A stretch of DNA of 64,000 bases from a virus. The stretch spans positions 25,906 through 89,905 of IMG/VR virus record IMGVR_UViG_3300048834_000455, one strand, 5' to 3'. Both the position numbers and the translations under genes were made by a program. The notes under the pieces are model-generated. The model searched no databases, was not told the DNA's origin, and was given only the letters and a program-made list of their open reading frames with translations. Shown one piece after another: positions 39,167 through 50,089 of this stretch. Position 1 is the stretch's first letter, and every line of letters starts with the position of its first letter.

Positions 39167-42100
39167 ATGACCATCAACCTTTCAGAATTGCACGTGGAGC
39201 GCATCGGAACTGGTGACCAGCAGCGTGCCGAAGTTCGCTGCCCTGACGGAGAGTCGGTAGGGCGACTCTTGCTCGAGGCTGGTTCGTGGAAGGTGGGCAT
39301 CCCTGGCGACCAGGATGTTCTCGGCGAGGTCCCTGAGTTTGCAGACGCGCTGACGATGCTGTTCGACGAGCTTTGGCGACGGGCGGAGGAAGCGGAGTAC
39401 ACGCGCCAACCCTGGCCCCGCTTTGAGCCAGAGACCAAGCCACGCCGGGTGAAGGCGGTCACGGCGTGAGCGACGAGGGGTGGACCGACCTCCAACTGCC
39501 AGCCGAGTTCGAGCCCAGCCCGCGCGACGATTTCCGCGAGTTCGTGCGCCAAGCTTGGGGTTTGACGGGTGTCGCCAATCTGTCGCACATCAAGAGGGTC
39601 GTCGAGTACATCGAACGCAAGGCCTATGTCGCCGTCGAGGAAGAGTTCTGGCGCGAGGCGCTCTACGGACCGATGGCCGTGCGTCGGGCCCTCACCGTGC
39701 AGGGCGAGTTCCCGGTGGACCACGAGTCCAAGGCCGAGCGCGAGCGAGTGGAGAGCTATCGGCAGAGCCTCATGCGGCAGGTGTTCGGCGAGAGGCCACG
39801 GGGCAAGGAGGCTCGCGCGAGGGAGGCGGCTTCGCTGTTCAAGAGCGGGCAGGCGTTCTTCCCGAAGCCAGACTCGCCCCAGGTCACCAGCCTTATCGAC
39901 GAGATGGCGTCGGGGTACGGCGACGGCCAGGTCAGCGCTTTCGCGTGGGCACTCCAGCAGAGAATAGGCCCCGAGATCCGCACGAGCGTCCAGGTTCACC
40001 GTCACCCTGCTTCTGACTTCGACTGGGTCCACCAGAAGCGCGAAGGCTGGGAGAGCAGCGGCACCCAGAGCTGGTGGGAGCGACTGAAGGGCACCATTCG
40101 CACGGTGGAGGGACTGGAGCCCGGCGAGGCCTACGTGATAAGCGTGGACCCGGCTGCAGGCCCTGACCGCGCCGTCATCCACAACCTGCGAGGCGAGACC
40201 TTCACGGTGGTCGCCGAGAAGCGCACGGCTGAGGGTGTCGCGATCACGGTGCGCAACGATAGCACCGGGGAGGCTGTCACCATGTTCGAGCCCTACGACC
40301 ACCTGTACCACGAGAGGGTTGACCGAGGCGAGAGCCACGAGACGCGGGTGGTGCGCCACGATAGACCTGCTGGCTGGATCGCGGACGTGGAGGTCACGAA
40401 CATCGAGGAGCGGCCAGAGGGCGTCTGGGTCGAGGGAAAGGTTCCCGAGGCCCCGCTGAAGCCCGAGGATCGCACGGTCTCGTTCCATATCCCCTACGGC
40501 AAGCCTGACGCGCATGGCGACGTGTTCGCGCCTGGGTGCTTCCGCGAGGCCGTCGATGCGAAGCGAAAGGAGTTGATCCTCGATGAAAGCTAGCAAGATC
40601 CGCAACCGCCTTCGAAACGAGCGTAAGCGCCGCGAGAAGCGGAGCCGTCAGCAGGAGCGCAGGATTCGCCCCGGCCGCAACCTGGTTGCTGTCAGCACGA
40701 AGTGGCAGCCCGTGGCGATCATGCACCCTGGCGACTGGGATCAACCCGAGCCGCTAGGGCGCTACGTGTGGGCCAAGGAGCGCGAGAGTGATGGGTGAAC
40801 CCGACCCGTCATTCTTCGTCTCCCCTGAGACCTCGGCCATGCTTCGAGGCCTCGGCCGGCGCAAGGCGTTTGGCCTCGGGTGGCAGCGTGACGCCATCCT
40901 TCCCGATGACGGAATGGTCACGTTCGAGAAGAGAGCTGTAGCCGCTGAAGATATCCACGTGCTCGACCCGCCCTCGCCGATGATGAAGGGCGTTCCCGAG
41001 ACTGTGCGCGAGTGGCCGAAGCCGGTCGAGGAGACAGGGCGATGAGTGACCAGCAGAGATACAGCGAGGCGAGCATCACCATGAGCCTGATGGAGGGTCC
41101 TCGGTTCACTATCATGCCCTTGTTCGGCGAAGAGCGCGAGTGCAGTGAGAGCGAGCTGCGCGCGGCCATGCTGGAGATGGGCCTGGCCCGCATAGCTGAC
41201 GAAGTGCTCGGGCCTGCGAGGGCCACCTCTCTCACCCTCGCCGACGTTCTCGCCGAGCACAGAGCCGACCCTCTGACCGCCGCCGAAGTCGCGGAGATGG
41301 TGCGCAAGACCAAGGCCTCTCGACTTGAGGCGGTGTCTGATGCGGACTGGAAGACGGACCACGCTGGAGCCAACGCCGTGCAGTGGTTTCACGACCTGGC
41401 CGCTTCGCACGAGGCGCTGAGGGCCCACCTCGCCTACTGGATGGATACACCTGCCGCCAAGTGTGCCGAATGTGGAGAGCTGGTCACGGACGAATTCTGC
41501 ACCCAGAACGATGAGGGCCGGACCATGTGCTTGAAGCACTGGGTGGACCCGGGCGACGAGGAGAGCGAAGAGAGCCTGCACCCCATCTTGCGTGAGGATA
41601 TGCTGCGGATGGACGAGCAGGCGACGTGGGGCGCTGGCTTCGACCCTAGCACCTTCAGGGGTATCGGCGAGTGACCGACCGCGACCTCTCCTGGTACCTC
41701 TCAGTGTGGGCTGCCGCCTGGGCGCTCGCTACGTTCTGGGTGGTCTCGGCTGCTCTGATGGTGGCCGTGGGCATCTGGTGGGGCCCGCTGCTGTCAACGT
41801 GGGTGGCGGTGTTCATCGTGGCCGTGCTGTCGTTCTGGTGGCTCATCATCGCGCGGAGCGTCGGGCGAGATAGGCGGGCGGAGCGTCGGGAGTGGGGTGC
41901 GTGCCTGCAACCGGCACCGGGCACTCCAAGCCCGAGTGACTACCTGCGGCCTAGTCTCGAAGTGCGCTTCGATGGCTACCCTGAGTCGTCGCCGCCGCCA
42001 ACCTTCGACGAGATGTTTCCGGGCCACAACGATGTGCCAGAAAGAGTGTCGCGGCTTCTGCTAGCCGCCCACCCGTGCAAGGCCTGCGGTGGAAGCGGGG

Positions 42101-43516
42101 TGGACCGTGGCTAGCAGCGCCCACTTCACAGACCTTTGCGCCTCGTGGGACGAGTTCTTCGTCAGCATCGAGGACGGCGACCAGTTCCAGCGCGGCGAGT
42201 GGCTCGTCTCTTGCGATACCCCGCTGACCGTCGAGCAGCGTGACGACATCTGCGCCCAACTAATGGAGGGCAAGCCGGGGCAGCCTCTGGTGCTTCCTCA
42301 TGGTGCTCGTGTCGCGCCCGTTGCGAAGAACTGGACCTGGACCTGCGAGTATTGCGGGCGCCATGACGAGGGCACGGTCTACTCGTGCAGGGGATGCGGG
42401 GCCAAGCGACCATGAGCGAGCATTCGGGCTTGCAAATAGACGCGGCTGCCGTTTATGCGGGGTTTGCTGGCATAGCGCCAACGGTGGCGGTAGCGTGTGA
42501 GGCGTTCGCGAATCTTGGCCTTCAGCCCGGCGAGCAGGCCCCCGCCGATTCGCAGCAAGACACGCCTGCGCAGACCGCCGAGTTCCTGGCCGACCTGCGC
42601 CACCTATGGTGGGAAATCCGCAACTTCACCAACTACGAGGACCCCTCTGGGCTTCCGTGCAGGCCTCACAGGCCGGTCGCCGAGGTCGAGACAGCGCGAC
42701 TGCAGAGGCTTGTGTTCCCCTTCAAGGCCCTGCGCGAGAAGTTCTTCGACCACCTCCGCGACGATGGCAGTGTGCGCGCGCTGTATGACCCGCTACCGTT
42801 GCGGGACTGGTACCCACTAGAGGATGTGATCTCGGCGCTCGACGCCGTGTGCTGGCTCGAGTTCGAGTTGGTGGATGGGATGTGGAGGCCGAAGCTATGA
42901 GCGATTGGCCCGATTGGCCCCCAGAGGTCAGGGAGCACCTTCGGAAGCAGCAAGAGGCAGAGCTAGCCTACGCGCTGTCGCCCGAGGGCATCGCCGAAAC
43001 CAAGGCCCGCCTGGAACGCCAGGAGGCTGCCCGACAGAAGCGCCTAGACTTCAGTCGCACTCTGATCACGCGCCTTCGCTGGGAGTGGGAGCATCGCGAC
43101 GCAGAGGGTCGTAGCGTCCACAGGGTAGCCCGTGGGCTGCTCAAGGGGCTCGAGTGGGAGGCCGGCAACGAGCGCAGGTTCTGGGACGCCCTCGGGGCCT
43201 ATCACCGCGACCGTGTTGACGAGGTGCGCGACGTGTACCCGTTGGCGGCGGTCATACGGGCGCTGAACGCGGTCGAGGCGGTGTCGAGGTGAGCCGCACG
43301 CGCAAGAGCATTCGCCACCGCAAGATGGAAACAGAGGACTGCCACTGGACCGGCAAGGTCGGATACCGCAAGTGGGACCACGCCGCTACGGTGCGACAGG
43401 GCATGGAGCTCGACGACCCTGACCGTGAGTTCGAGCTAAGCATCTACCGCTGCAGTGACTGCGGGCTGCTGCACATTGGCAACGACCACCTGAAGCCGAG
43501 GAGGCGCGTGAAGTAG
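39167..43516 (+). CDS. chain of hypothetical proteins (39167..39469, 39466..40593, 40583..40798, 40788..41045, 41042..41674, 41671..42114 membrane protein, ~42107..42415, 42412..42900, 42897..43292, 43289..43516 Zn finger)
   Basis: Coupled + strand ORFs. Confidence 0.55.
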
Positions 43517-43527
43517 ACCCCCAAAGC

Positions 43528-43561
43528 GAAACGCCGCCCAGTCCCAACCCGGCGGCGTTTC
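43528..43561. repeat. 11-bp perfect inverted repeat in an intergenic region (hairpin or possible terminator)
   Basis: GAAACGCCGCC(43528-38) ... GGCGGCGTTTC(43551-61). Confidence 0.55.
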
Positions 43562-43611
43562 AAAACGAACAAGCACAAAGCTCCCACGGATTTTACCACC
43601 CAGGAGCAGAT

Positions 43612-44517
43612 ATGTCACACAAGATCATAGAGCGTTTTGGCCGACTCGTCATAGCGCGACCAAAGCCACCAGCAGATAGCATTCTGCCGCATCAGCGGCC
43701 AGAGCACGAGTTCGACAACCCCAAGAGCGAATATTACATCCCCAACGACGGCCTCAACCGCGAGAGTGCGAATCCTCACACGGCCACCACCGATGGCCCG
43801 GCCTACACCGTCAACGCCGAGAGCCTCTGCCTCGCCGACCCTCTCGGCAAGCGGCCGCCGCTCGATCCGTTCTGGGGCCTGATTGGGCTTGTCGACAAGA
43901 TCAACGACCCTAGCTTTCATCTCGAGCCCATCTGTCGCGCGTGCGAGACGTGGAAGCCAGCGCAGGTCACGAGGCCCACGCGCAAGGCGGCGCAGGATAC
44001 GACCACGGGATGTCTCGGGTGTCACTTCTCGCATCTTGACGGCAAGAGCGGAGGCGAGGGCGCGTTCGTCAACCACGACAAGAACGCCGCCTTCTCTGCG
44101 TGGGCCAAAGCCAAGGCCGATGTGCGCGAATTGGAGCTCAAAAAGTCGGTGGCCACGGGCCAGGCCAAAGCGCGCCTCGAGTCGCGGCTGAGCAAGGCTT
44201 GGAAGCGCGTCGAGAGTTGCGCCAAGCGTTGCCAGCGCCTCGGGTTCAAGCCGACCATGCCACGGATGGGGCAGGACCAGTGGGAGCGCCCGCTGATGTC
44301 GCCGACCCACGACCAGATGCGCAAGGACCGCGAGCAGCAGTCACTTCAGAAGATTCGCGAGCCCCGCACGAAGACTTCGCCGAGCTGCCGCAACTGCCGC
44401 AACTGGACCGAGAACAAGGGCCTCTCCGGGGGTAAGGGCACGTATGGCGACTGCTGGGTTTTTGACTATGCCACCCGCGCAAATCACTGGTGTGCTGACC
44501 ACAATCTAAAGGACTAG
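43612..44517 (+). CDS. Cys-rich hypothetical protein preceding the packaging genes
   Basis: CRAC, CLGC and CRNC...C...WC clusters; SD AGGAG. Confidence 0.6.
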   Translation: MSHKIIERFGRLVIARPKPPADSILPHQRPEHEFDNPKSEYYIPNDGLNRESANPHTATTDGPAYTVNAESLCLADPLGKRPPLDPFWGLIGLVDKINDPSFHLEPICRACETWKPAQVTRPTRKAAQDTTTGCLGCHFSHLDGKSGGEGAFVNHDKNAAFSAWAKAKADVRELELKKSVATGQAKARLESRLSKAWKRVESCAKRCQRLGFKPTMPRMGQDQWERPLMSPTHDQMRKDREQQSLQKIREPRTKTSPSCRNCRNWTENKGLSGGKGTYGDCWVFDYATRANHWCADHNLKD

Positions 44518-44871
44518 GCAAAACGCTAAAACGGCGTGGTTGCAACGCGCGCACGCCAACTCCGTAGGTTATGAGGAGACACGCCTAATGCCTCGTAGAC
44601 CTGCACCTGTAAAACCGAAGAATAAGCCCTCGCACAAGCTCTCCAAGACCCAGGCTGGGGCCTATGGCGAGATTGTCCAGAAGCACCTCAACGGTGACGG
44701 AACCTGGACCTACGCGACCACCAAGGCTATCTCTGCTGAGGCAAACCGCCTTCTAGGGATTCGCCAGGGTAAGACCGACTCCGAGTTTAGAGCGAGAACC
44801 CCCAAGCGTGAAGCCCGGATGAGCACCGCCGTCATGGACCGACGCTTTGATTCCAGCGGGCGAAGGGCCAG

Positions 44872-45453
44872 TTGAGCAAAGACCCTGCGGCCAAGCCCAA
44901 GGCCAAGTTGAAGCCGAAGAAGGTGAAGGCCAAGACGACAGCCCACCGCAAGGGGCTTAACGACAAGCAGCGCGCCTTCATCAAGCTTTGGCCTAAGAGC
45001 TTCAACTATGACGAGCTTGTCCCGGTGCTGGGCGTCTCCAAAGACACTCTGAAGCACTGGAATTCCCGCGCGATCAACCCCGAGATCAAGGAGTTGATCG
45101 ACGCTGAGATCGTCAAGCACTTCGATAAGGTCAAGGGCCGCTTGGAGATTCTCTTCGCCGAGAATAAAGAGCGCATCTTCGGCGAGCTTTGGGACATCTA
45201 CGAGAAAGCCAAGGGCGAGCAGGACTGGAAAAACTGCCTCCGTGCGCTGGAGAAGCTGACCAAGATTGTCGGCATGGACGTTGTTCGCACCGAGATTACG
45301 GGAGCAAAGGGCGAGCCACTCGCTATTCGGGTTGACGATTCCGAGGTTAGCTTCGAAGGCTGGGAGCCCGAGCGCATAAGCGCGTACATCTCCATGCGAC
45401 GCGAAGCGAACGCCCTGGCCAAGGCTCAAGCCGATGGCAAAAGGACTCCGTAG
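44872..45453 (+). CDS. probable terminase small subunit
   Basis: Directly upstream of and overlapping TerL; basic N-terminus, LNDKQRAF, HTH-like LGVSKDTLKHW, and ALEKL.K..G...TEITGA.GEP. Confidence 0.65.
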   Translation: MSKDPAAKPKAKLKPKKVKAKTTAHRKGLNDKQRAFIKLWPKSFNYDELVPVLGVSKDTLKHWNSRAINPEIKELIDAEIVKHFDKVKGRLEILFAENKERIFGELWDIYEKAKGEQDWKNCLRALEKLTKIVGMDVVRTEITGAKGEPLAIRVDDSEVSFEGWEPERISAYISMRREANALAKAQADGKRTP

Positions 45454-47089
45454 CGCACCACCGGCCGCATTCCCCGAGGTAGGCGGCACGCCGCTGCCCC
45501 AGTGGAAGCGAGACGAGTTTGTTTGCCCGGATGTTCCCCTCGAGGAACTGAAGGCCGACGCCGACCTCCGTCAAGCCGTCCGCGAGCTGTGTCGCAGTTC
45601 GTTCTATCGGTTCATCAAGATTTCATGGCGCGCGCTCTTTCCTCGGCGCAAGTTTATCGACGGCCATCACATTCAGTTCGTCTGCGACATACTGCAGGCA
45701 CTGACCGAGGGGAAGTTTCACCGGGCCATCATCAACATACCGCCCCGCCACATGAAGAGCACCATCGTGTGCATTCTCTGGGTGGCTTGGCGGTTCGGCC
45801 CGCGCGATGAGCGAATCGAGTTTCTGTTCGCGACCCTCGGCCAGAAGCTCTCTCAGCGTGACAGCCGCAAGTGCCGCGATCTGCTCAAGAGCGAGTGGTT
45901 TCACCTGCTCTGGCCCGATGTCAAGTTCCGACCCGACCAGGACCAGAAGATTGACTGGGAGCTAGAGGACGGCGGCAAGCGCGACACCACCTCGAAGGGC
46001 TCACAGGTCACCGGTAGCGGTGGCGATGTCATCGGCGTTGACGACCTTCACGACCTAAAGGACAGCATTCACGCGCTGGCCGAAGCCGTCGACTGGTACA
46101 CCGGCACTCTTTCTTCCCGCGAGAACTTCGGCGAGATGCCTCCGCAAGAGGTCATGATTATGCAGCGGGTTGGGGTTGGCGACGTTGCCGGCCACGTACT
46201 CGCTACCGAGACCATCTGGCAGCCCGGGTGCGACGACCCTTACGCCTGGGTCCACGTCTCGCTGCCGTGCGAGTACGACCCTGCTCATCACTGCATCACG
46301 CCGATTGGCGGGGACTGGCGCAAAGATAACGGCGAGTTTCTCTGGCCCGAGGTTTACGGCGCTACCGGGGTTCGCGGGCCGACGTGGATACCCACGAAGA
46401 AGCGACGGCTCGGGCCGAAGCGGTGGGCCGCGCAGTACCAGCAGCAGCCTGTTCCCGAGGGCGGCAAAGAGTTCGAAGCCGAGTGGCTGAGCAACCGGTT
46501 CCCGAGGCTTCCCGTTCAGCTCATCGAGCGCTGGATTCTCTCGGTTGACTGCGCGTTCAAGGATGGGCCTGCGGTTGACAACGTGAGCATTCAGCTCCTT
46601 GGCAAGGTCGGGGCTTGGTACTACGTGGTCGACGAGATCTCGGAAACCATGTCCTGGATGAAGACCAAGGAGACGTTCGCGGAACGCTTCTACTACTGGA
46701 CGGGTCTCGGGATTCCGATCATGACCTGCCTCATTGAAGAGGCGGCCAACGGTCACGCGCTGATCGACGAGTTCAAGAAGATCCTGCCCGGCGTCATTCC
46801 ATTCAAGACGAAGGGCGACAGCAAGGTTACGAGGGCGCGCGGTACCACGGGCATTTGGCACGCCGGCCAGGTGTGGCTCCCGGCCCCCGACGCCGTTTTG
46901 GTCACCGCGGATAACCGGGTGATAGCGCTGAGCACCAGTTGGGTCAGCGCCTATGTGCGGCAGTTCCTCAAGTTTCCAGACCCGCGCGAGCACGACGACT
47001 CGGTGGACGCGACCACGCAGGCGATTTTGTTCCTCGAGCATCGCATCGAGGAGGAAGAGGAGCTGCTGCCTCCTCCGATGGTGGGATAA
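45434..47089 (+). CDS. terL: terminase large subunit
   Basis: INIPPRHMKST (Walker A variant), VTGSGGDVIGVDDLH, IMQR, AQYQQQP, LSVDCAFKD, IEEAANGH, HDDSVDATTQA. Confidence 0.93.
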   Translation: MAKGLRSAPPAAFPEVGGTPLPQWKRDEFVCPDVPLEELKADADLRQAVRELCRSSFYRFIKISWRALFPRRKFIDGHHIQFVCDILQALTEGKFHRAIINIPPRHMKSTIVCILWVAWRFGPRDERIEFLFATLGQKLSQRDSRKCRDLLKSEWFHLLWPDVKFRPDQDQKIDWELEDGGKRDTTSKGSQVTGSGGDVIGVDDLHDLKDSIHALAEAVDWYTGTLSSRENFGEMPPQEVMIMQRVGVGDVAGHVLATETIWQPGCDDPYAWVHVSLPCEYDPAHHCITPIGGDWRKDNGEFLWPEVYGATGVRGPTWIPTKKRRLGPKRWAAQYQQQPVPEGGKEFEAEWLSNRFPRLPVQLIERWILSVDCAFKDGPAVDNVSIQLLGKVGAWYYVVDEISETMSWMKTKETFAERFYYWTGLGIPIMTCLIEEAANGHALIDEFKKILPGVIPFKTKGDSKVTRARGTTGIWHAGQVWLPAPDAVLVTADNRVIALSTSWVSAYVRQFLKFPDPREHDDSVDATTQAILFLEHRIEEEEELLPPPMVG

Positions 47090-47120
47090 AAATAGTTTGA
47101 TTAGGTTAGGTGGGTGAGGA

Positions 47121-49292
47121 TTGGCCTTTCTAGGCAAAGCACGTACATCACTGGCGAGAATTATTGCGCCCACGTCCGTGACCGAGACGGAAACCAAAAG
47201 GCCACTAACTAGAGCCGACCAGCTCCCCATCTACGTGGATGGGGTTCCTTACTCACACTCCACCGAGATGTCTCTCTCCGAGACCATCGCGAAGGTCAAG
47301 CGCTCACCGGTCACTCTCGGCTGCATCAACGCCTACGTTCGGCGCATCCAGCAACTCACGTTTCGCATCCAGCGCTGGAACCCGGAGAGCCGGCGCTACG
47401 AGTTCATCAACGAGGATCACCCCGTCGAAGAGCGCTGGGACCAGCCCGCCAAGTGGTGCTCTCAGAAGCAGATGCTCAGCGCTACGTGCTTCAGCATGAT
47501 GGGCACGGGCAACTGGCTCGCGACGTTCATCAACAGTGACCGCAAAGACAAGGGTCTGCTTCGCGCGCTGGAGCTGAGCCCGCTTGACCCCGACTTCGTG
47601 GACCCGATCCCAGACGTGCTCGACGTAATCAGCGGCTACTCCCTGCGTCAGGGCGACCCGCGCTCGTCGACGGTTCATCTTCTGTGCAGCCTTGACGGTG
47701 GTCGCTTTCTCTCGGCGACTCCGGGTAGAGGCAAGTTCATCCCGCTAGACCGGATGATCCACGCCAAGTTTTCGACCAACAAGAACCCGTGGTGGGGCCT
47801 GTCGCCGATCGAGGCCGCCGCTCTTGCTATCGACACCGGGACCGTGGCGCAAGCCTGGAACCGCTCCATGGTCGGCAACCGGCTCGAAGAGGGTGGCGTT
47901 CTCGAGACCGAACAAGCGCTGACCCGCGACGAGATTGACGAGGCCAAGCGCAGAATTGCCGCTCAGATAGGCGGCTCAAACGCCGGCTCGCCTATCATCC
48001 TGACCCGTGGCCTGACGTGGAAGAGCACCAACCGTGCTCCCCGCGAGATGGACTACGTGGGCACCGATAAGCGCACCGACTGGAAGATTTGCGCGGCTCT
48101 CGGAGTTCCGCCCGTGATCCTCGGGCAGATGGACGACGCCACGCTCAATAACGCCGAGTTTCAGAAGCGCGACTTCTGGGTGGACAGCGTGCTGCCGTTC
48201 ATGGAGCTGATCCTTGAGTCCGTCAACCACTCGTGGGTGTGGCCGGGATGGGGTCGCGAGGTTCGCCTCTGGTACGATACCAGCAACGTTCTCGCTCTGC
48301 AGGAGAAGCGCCAGGAGAAGGTCGAGGCCTTTGGTCTCCTCCACGACCGCGGCTATCCCGCCAACGCTCTGAATGCGTGGCTCGAGCTTGGGCTTCCCGA
48401 CCTTCCGCCCGAGATTGGCGACAAAAGCTTCATCAAGAGCGGCCTGACCGAATTCGTTGACCAGACCCGGGTCGAGTACGCCGAGGGCGAGATTGTCGAT
48501 GACGAGCCGCCGATGCTGGAAGAGGGTGATGACCCGGAGAAGACCGCCAAGGCCTTCCTGTCCGCGTCTGAGGAGAGAGACGCCTACTGGTTCGCCTTCG
48601 AGGGCCAGCGCGAACGGTGGTACGGCAAGGTCGAGAAGCGCGTGGCCAAGCTCATCGGCGACGACCTCGAAGCAGCCGCCGCTGTTGCCGATAGAGGTCT
48701 GTCCGCGATGGAGAATGCCATCGAGCAACGTGCTGGACTGTGGCGCAAAGAGCTTGAGGGAACGTGGGACCAGATAGCCCAAGAGTTCGGCAAGCGCACT
48801 CACGACGGCCTTGTCAAAGCTGCTCACGGTGGTCAGGAGTTCAAAGCCTGGGACTGGGGCAGAAGCGCTCGCGAGTACATCCGGGAGCGAGTGCGCGACA
48901 GAGTCTCTGCCATTGTCGAGACCACAAAGGGATGGGTTGGCCGGCGCGTTCGCGAGGCCAACATGCCAGACGACGGCGGAGACGCAGGGCAGAACATCCG
49001 CGATCAGGCTCCCGAGTACTCCAAGACCCGTGGCGCCACTATCGGCCAGACCGAGGTCCTCGGTGCCTCTGGATACGGTAGCAATCTGGGCGCCAACAGG
49101 TCTGGTGCCGTCAAGAACAAGATTTGGCTGACCTCGCGCGACGACCGAGTGCGTGACAGCCACCGGACCCTAGAGGGTCAGAAAAGACCGCTCGATCAGC
49201 CGTACAGCAATGGGCTTATGTTTCCTGGAGATCCTACGGGTCCCCCATCCGAGACAATAAAGTGCCGCTGCGTCGAGCTCTATGAGGTGTGA
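47121..49292 (+). CDS. HK97-type portal protein fused to a C-terminal MuF (head morphogenesis) domain
   Basis: Portal motifs WGLSPIEAA, G..NAG...IL..GLTW, ICAALGVPP.ILG; C-terminal IGQTE, KIWLTSRDDRVRDSH..L.GQ...LMFPGDP...ETIKCRC (MuF). Confidence 0.85.
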   Translation: MAFLGKARTSLARIIAPTSVTETETKRPLTRADQLPIYVDGVPYSHSTEMSLSETIAKVKRSPVTLGCINAYVRRIQQLTFRIQRWNPESRRYEFINEDHPVEERWDQPAKWCSQKQMLSATCFSMMGTGNWLATFINSDRKDKGLLRALELSPLDPDFVDPIPDVLDVISGYSLRQGDPRSSTVHLLCSLDGGRFLSATPGRGKFIPLDRMIHAKFSTNKNPWWGLSPIEAAALAIDTGTVAQAWNRSMVGNRLEEGGVLETEQALTRDEIDEAKRRIAAQIGGSNAGSPIILTRGLTWKSTNRAPREMDYVGTDKRTDWKICAALGVPPVILGQMDDATLNNAEFQKRDFWVDSVLPFMELILESVNHSWVWPGWGREVRLWYDTSNVLALQEKRQEKVEAFGLLHDRGYPANALNAWLELGLPDLPPEIGDKSFIKSGLTEFVDQTRVEYAEGEIVDDEPPMLEEGDDPEKTAKAFLSASEERDAYWFAFEGQRERWYGKVEKRVAKLIGDDLEAAAAVADRGLSAMENAIEQRAGLWRKELEGTWDQIAQEFGKRTHDGLVKAAHGGQEFKAWDWGRSAREYIRERVRDRVSAIVETTKGWVGRRVREANMPDDGGDAGQNIRDQAPEYSKTRGATIGQTEVLGASGYGSNLGANRSGAVKNKIWLTSRDDRVRDSHRTLEGQKRPLDQPYSNGLMFPGDPTGPPSETIKCRCVELYEV

Positions 49293-50089
49293 TGATGGGT
49301 AGTCCCTTTCTCCGCGAACGTAAGTCGCTATTCAAAGATCTGGGACTCCAACGTCCCAACCGAGAGGCCCGCACCGTCGCCGGCTACGCGGCCATGTGGA
49401 CGGTCGACCAGATTGGCGACCGAATCATAAGGGGCGCTTTCGAAAAGACCATCCGCGAACGGGGACCAGCGAGTCCCCGTTGTCGTATCAGGTTCGGACT
49501 GAATCACCCTGGAATGACTCACAACGGAGTCGTTATCGGTGTTCTCTCCAAGCTCTACGAGGACGAGATTGGCCTCTTCTACGAGGGCATTCTGGACCGC
49601 ACCACCCAGGGCGAAGATGCTCTGATTCGGCTTGAGAGCGGAAGTCTCGACGGCTCAAGCTTCGCCTACGACATCATGGATTGGGCCAAGGGCGAGGGCG
49701 GCGCCGACGGCGACCGCCACCTCAAGGAACTCAAGTGCTATGAGCTTGGGCCTGTCGACTTCGCTTGCAACGAAGACACGTTCTTCACTGCCCTGAAGTC
49801 ACACGCATTTTTCAAAGAGTTTGACCCGTCTTTACTCGCTTCGTTTAGCGAAGAGATGAAGGCCGGTCGTATGTTCAGCGCTGCAAATCTACGCAAAATC
49901 AAAGCAGCGCATGAATGCCTCGCGGACCTACTGAAGATGGCCGGAGAGATCGAGGCGGATACTGCGCCGCCCGAGCCTCAACCACCAGACGATGTGAAGG
50001 CTCTAGCAGGCACCAGTGAAGGGACCGCCCTCCTCGAAGAGATGCGGTCCCTTTCGCTTTTGCTGAAAGGGAACATCAATGAGTGCTAA
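49292..50089 (+). CDS. HK97-family prohead protease
   Basis: GYAA...DQIGDRIIRGAF, NH, IG, EDEIGL, G.LDGSSFAY, YELGPVDFACN. Confidence 0.88.
   Translation: MMGSPFLRERKSLFKDLGLQRPNREARTVAGYAAMWTVDQIGDRIIRGAFEKTIRERGPASPRCRIRFGLNHPGMTHNGVVIGVLSKLYEDEIGLFYEGILDRTTQGEDALIRLESGSLDGSSFAYDIMDWAKGEGGADGDRHLKELKCYELGPVDFACNEDTFFTALKSHAFFKEFDPSLLASFSEEMKAGRMFSAANLRKIKAAHECLADLLKMAGEIEADTAPPEPQPPDDVKALAGTSEGTALLEEMRSLSLLLKGNINEC

Noticed and set aside
39157-40605. Long minus-strand ORFs (e.g. 39157..40605, 46055..47230, 47976..49163, 52487..53716)
   Set aside because: Antisense shadows of well-supported + strand genes, expected in high-GC DNA; no recognisable motifs.
47099-47111. TTAGG-TTAGG telomere-like repeat
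   Set aside because: Only two copies in a short spacer leading into the portal SD; not significant.
50016-50039. GTGAAGGGACC...CGAAG as a sixth copy of the repeated motif
   Set aside because: Mismatch in the core, spacer only 8 nt, and inside the protease coding sequence.
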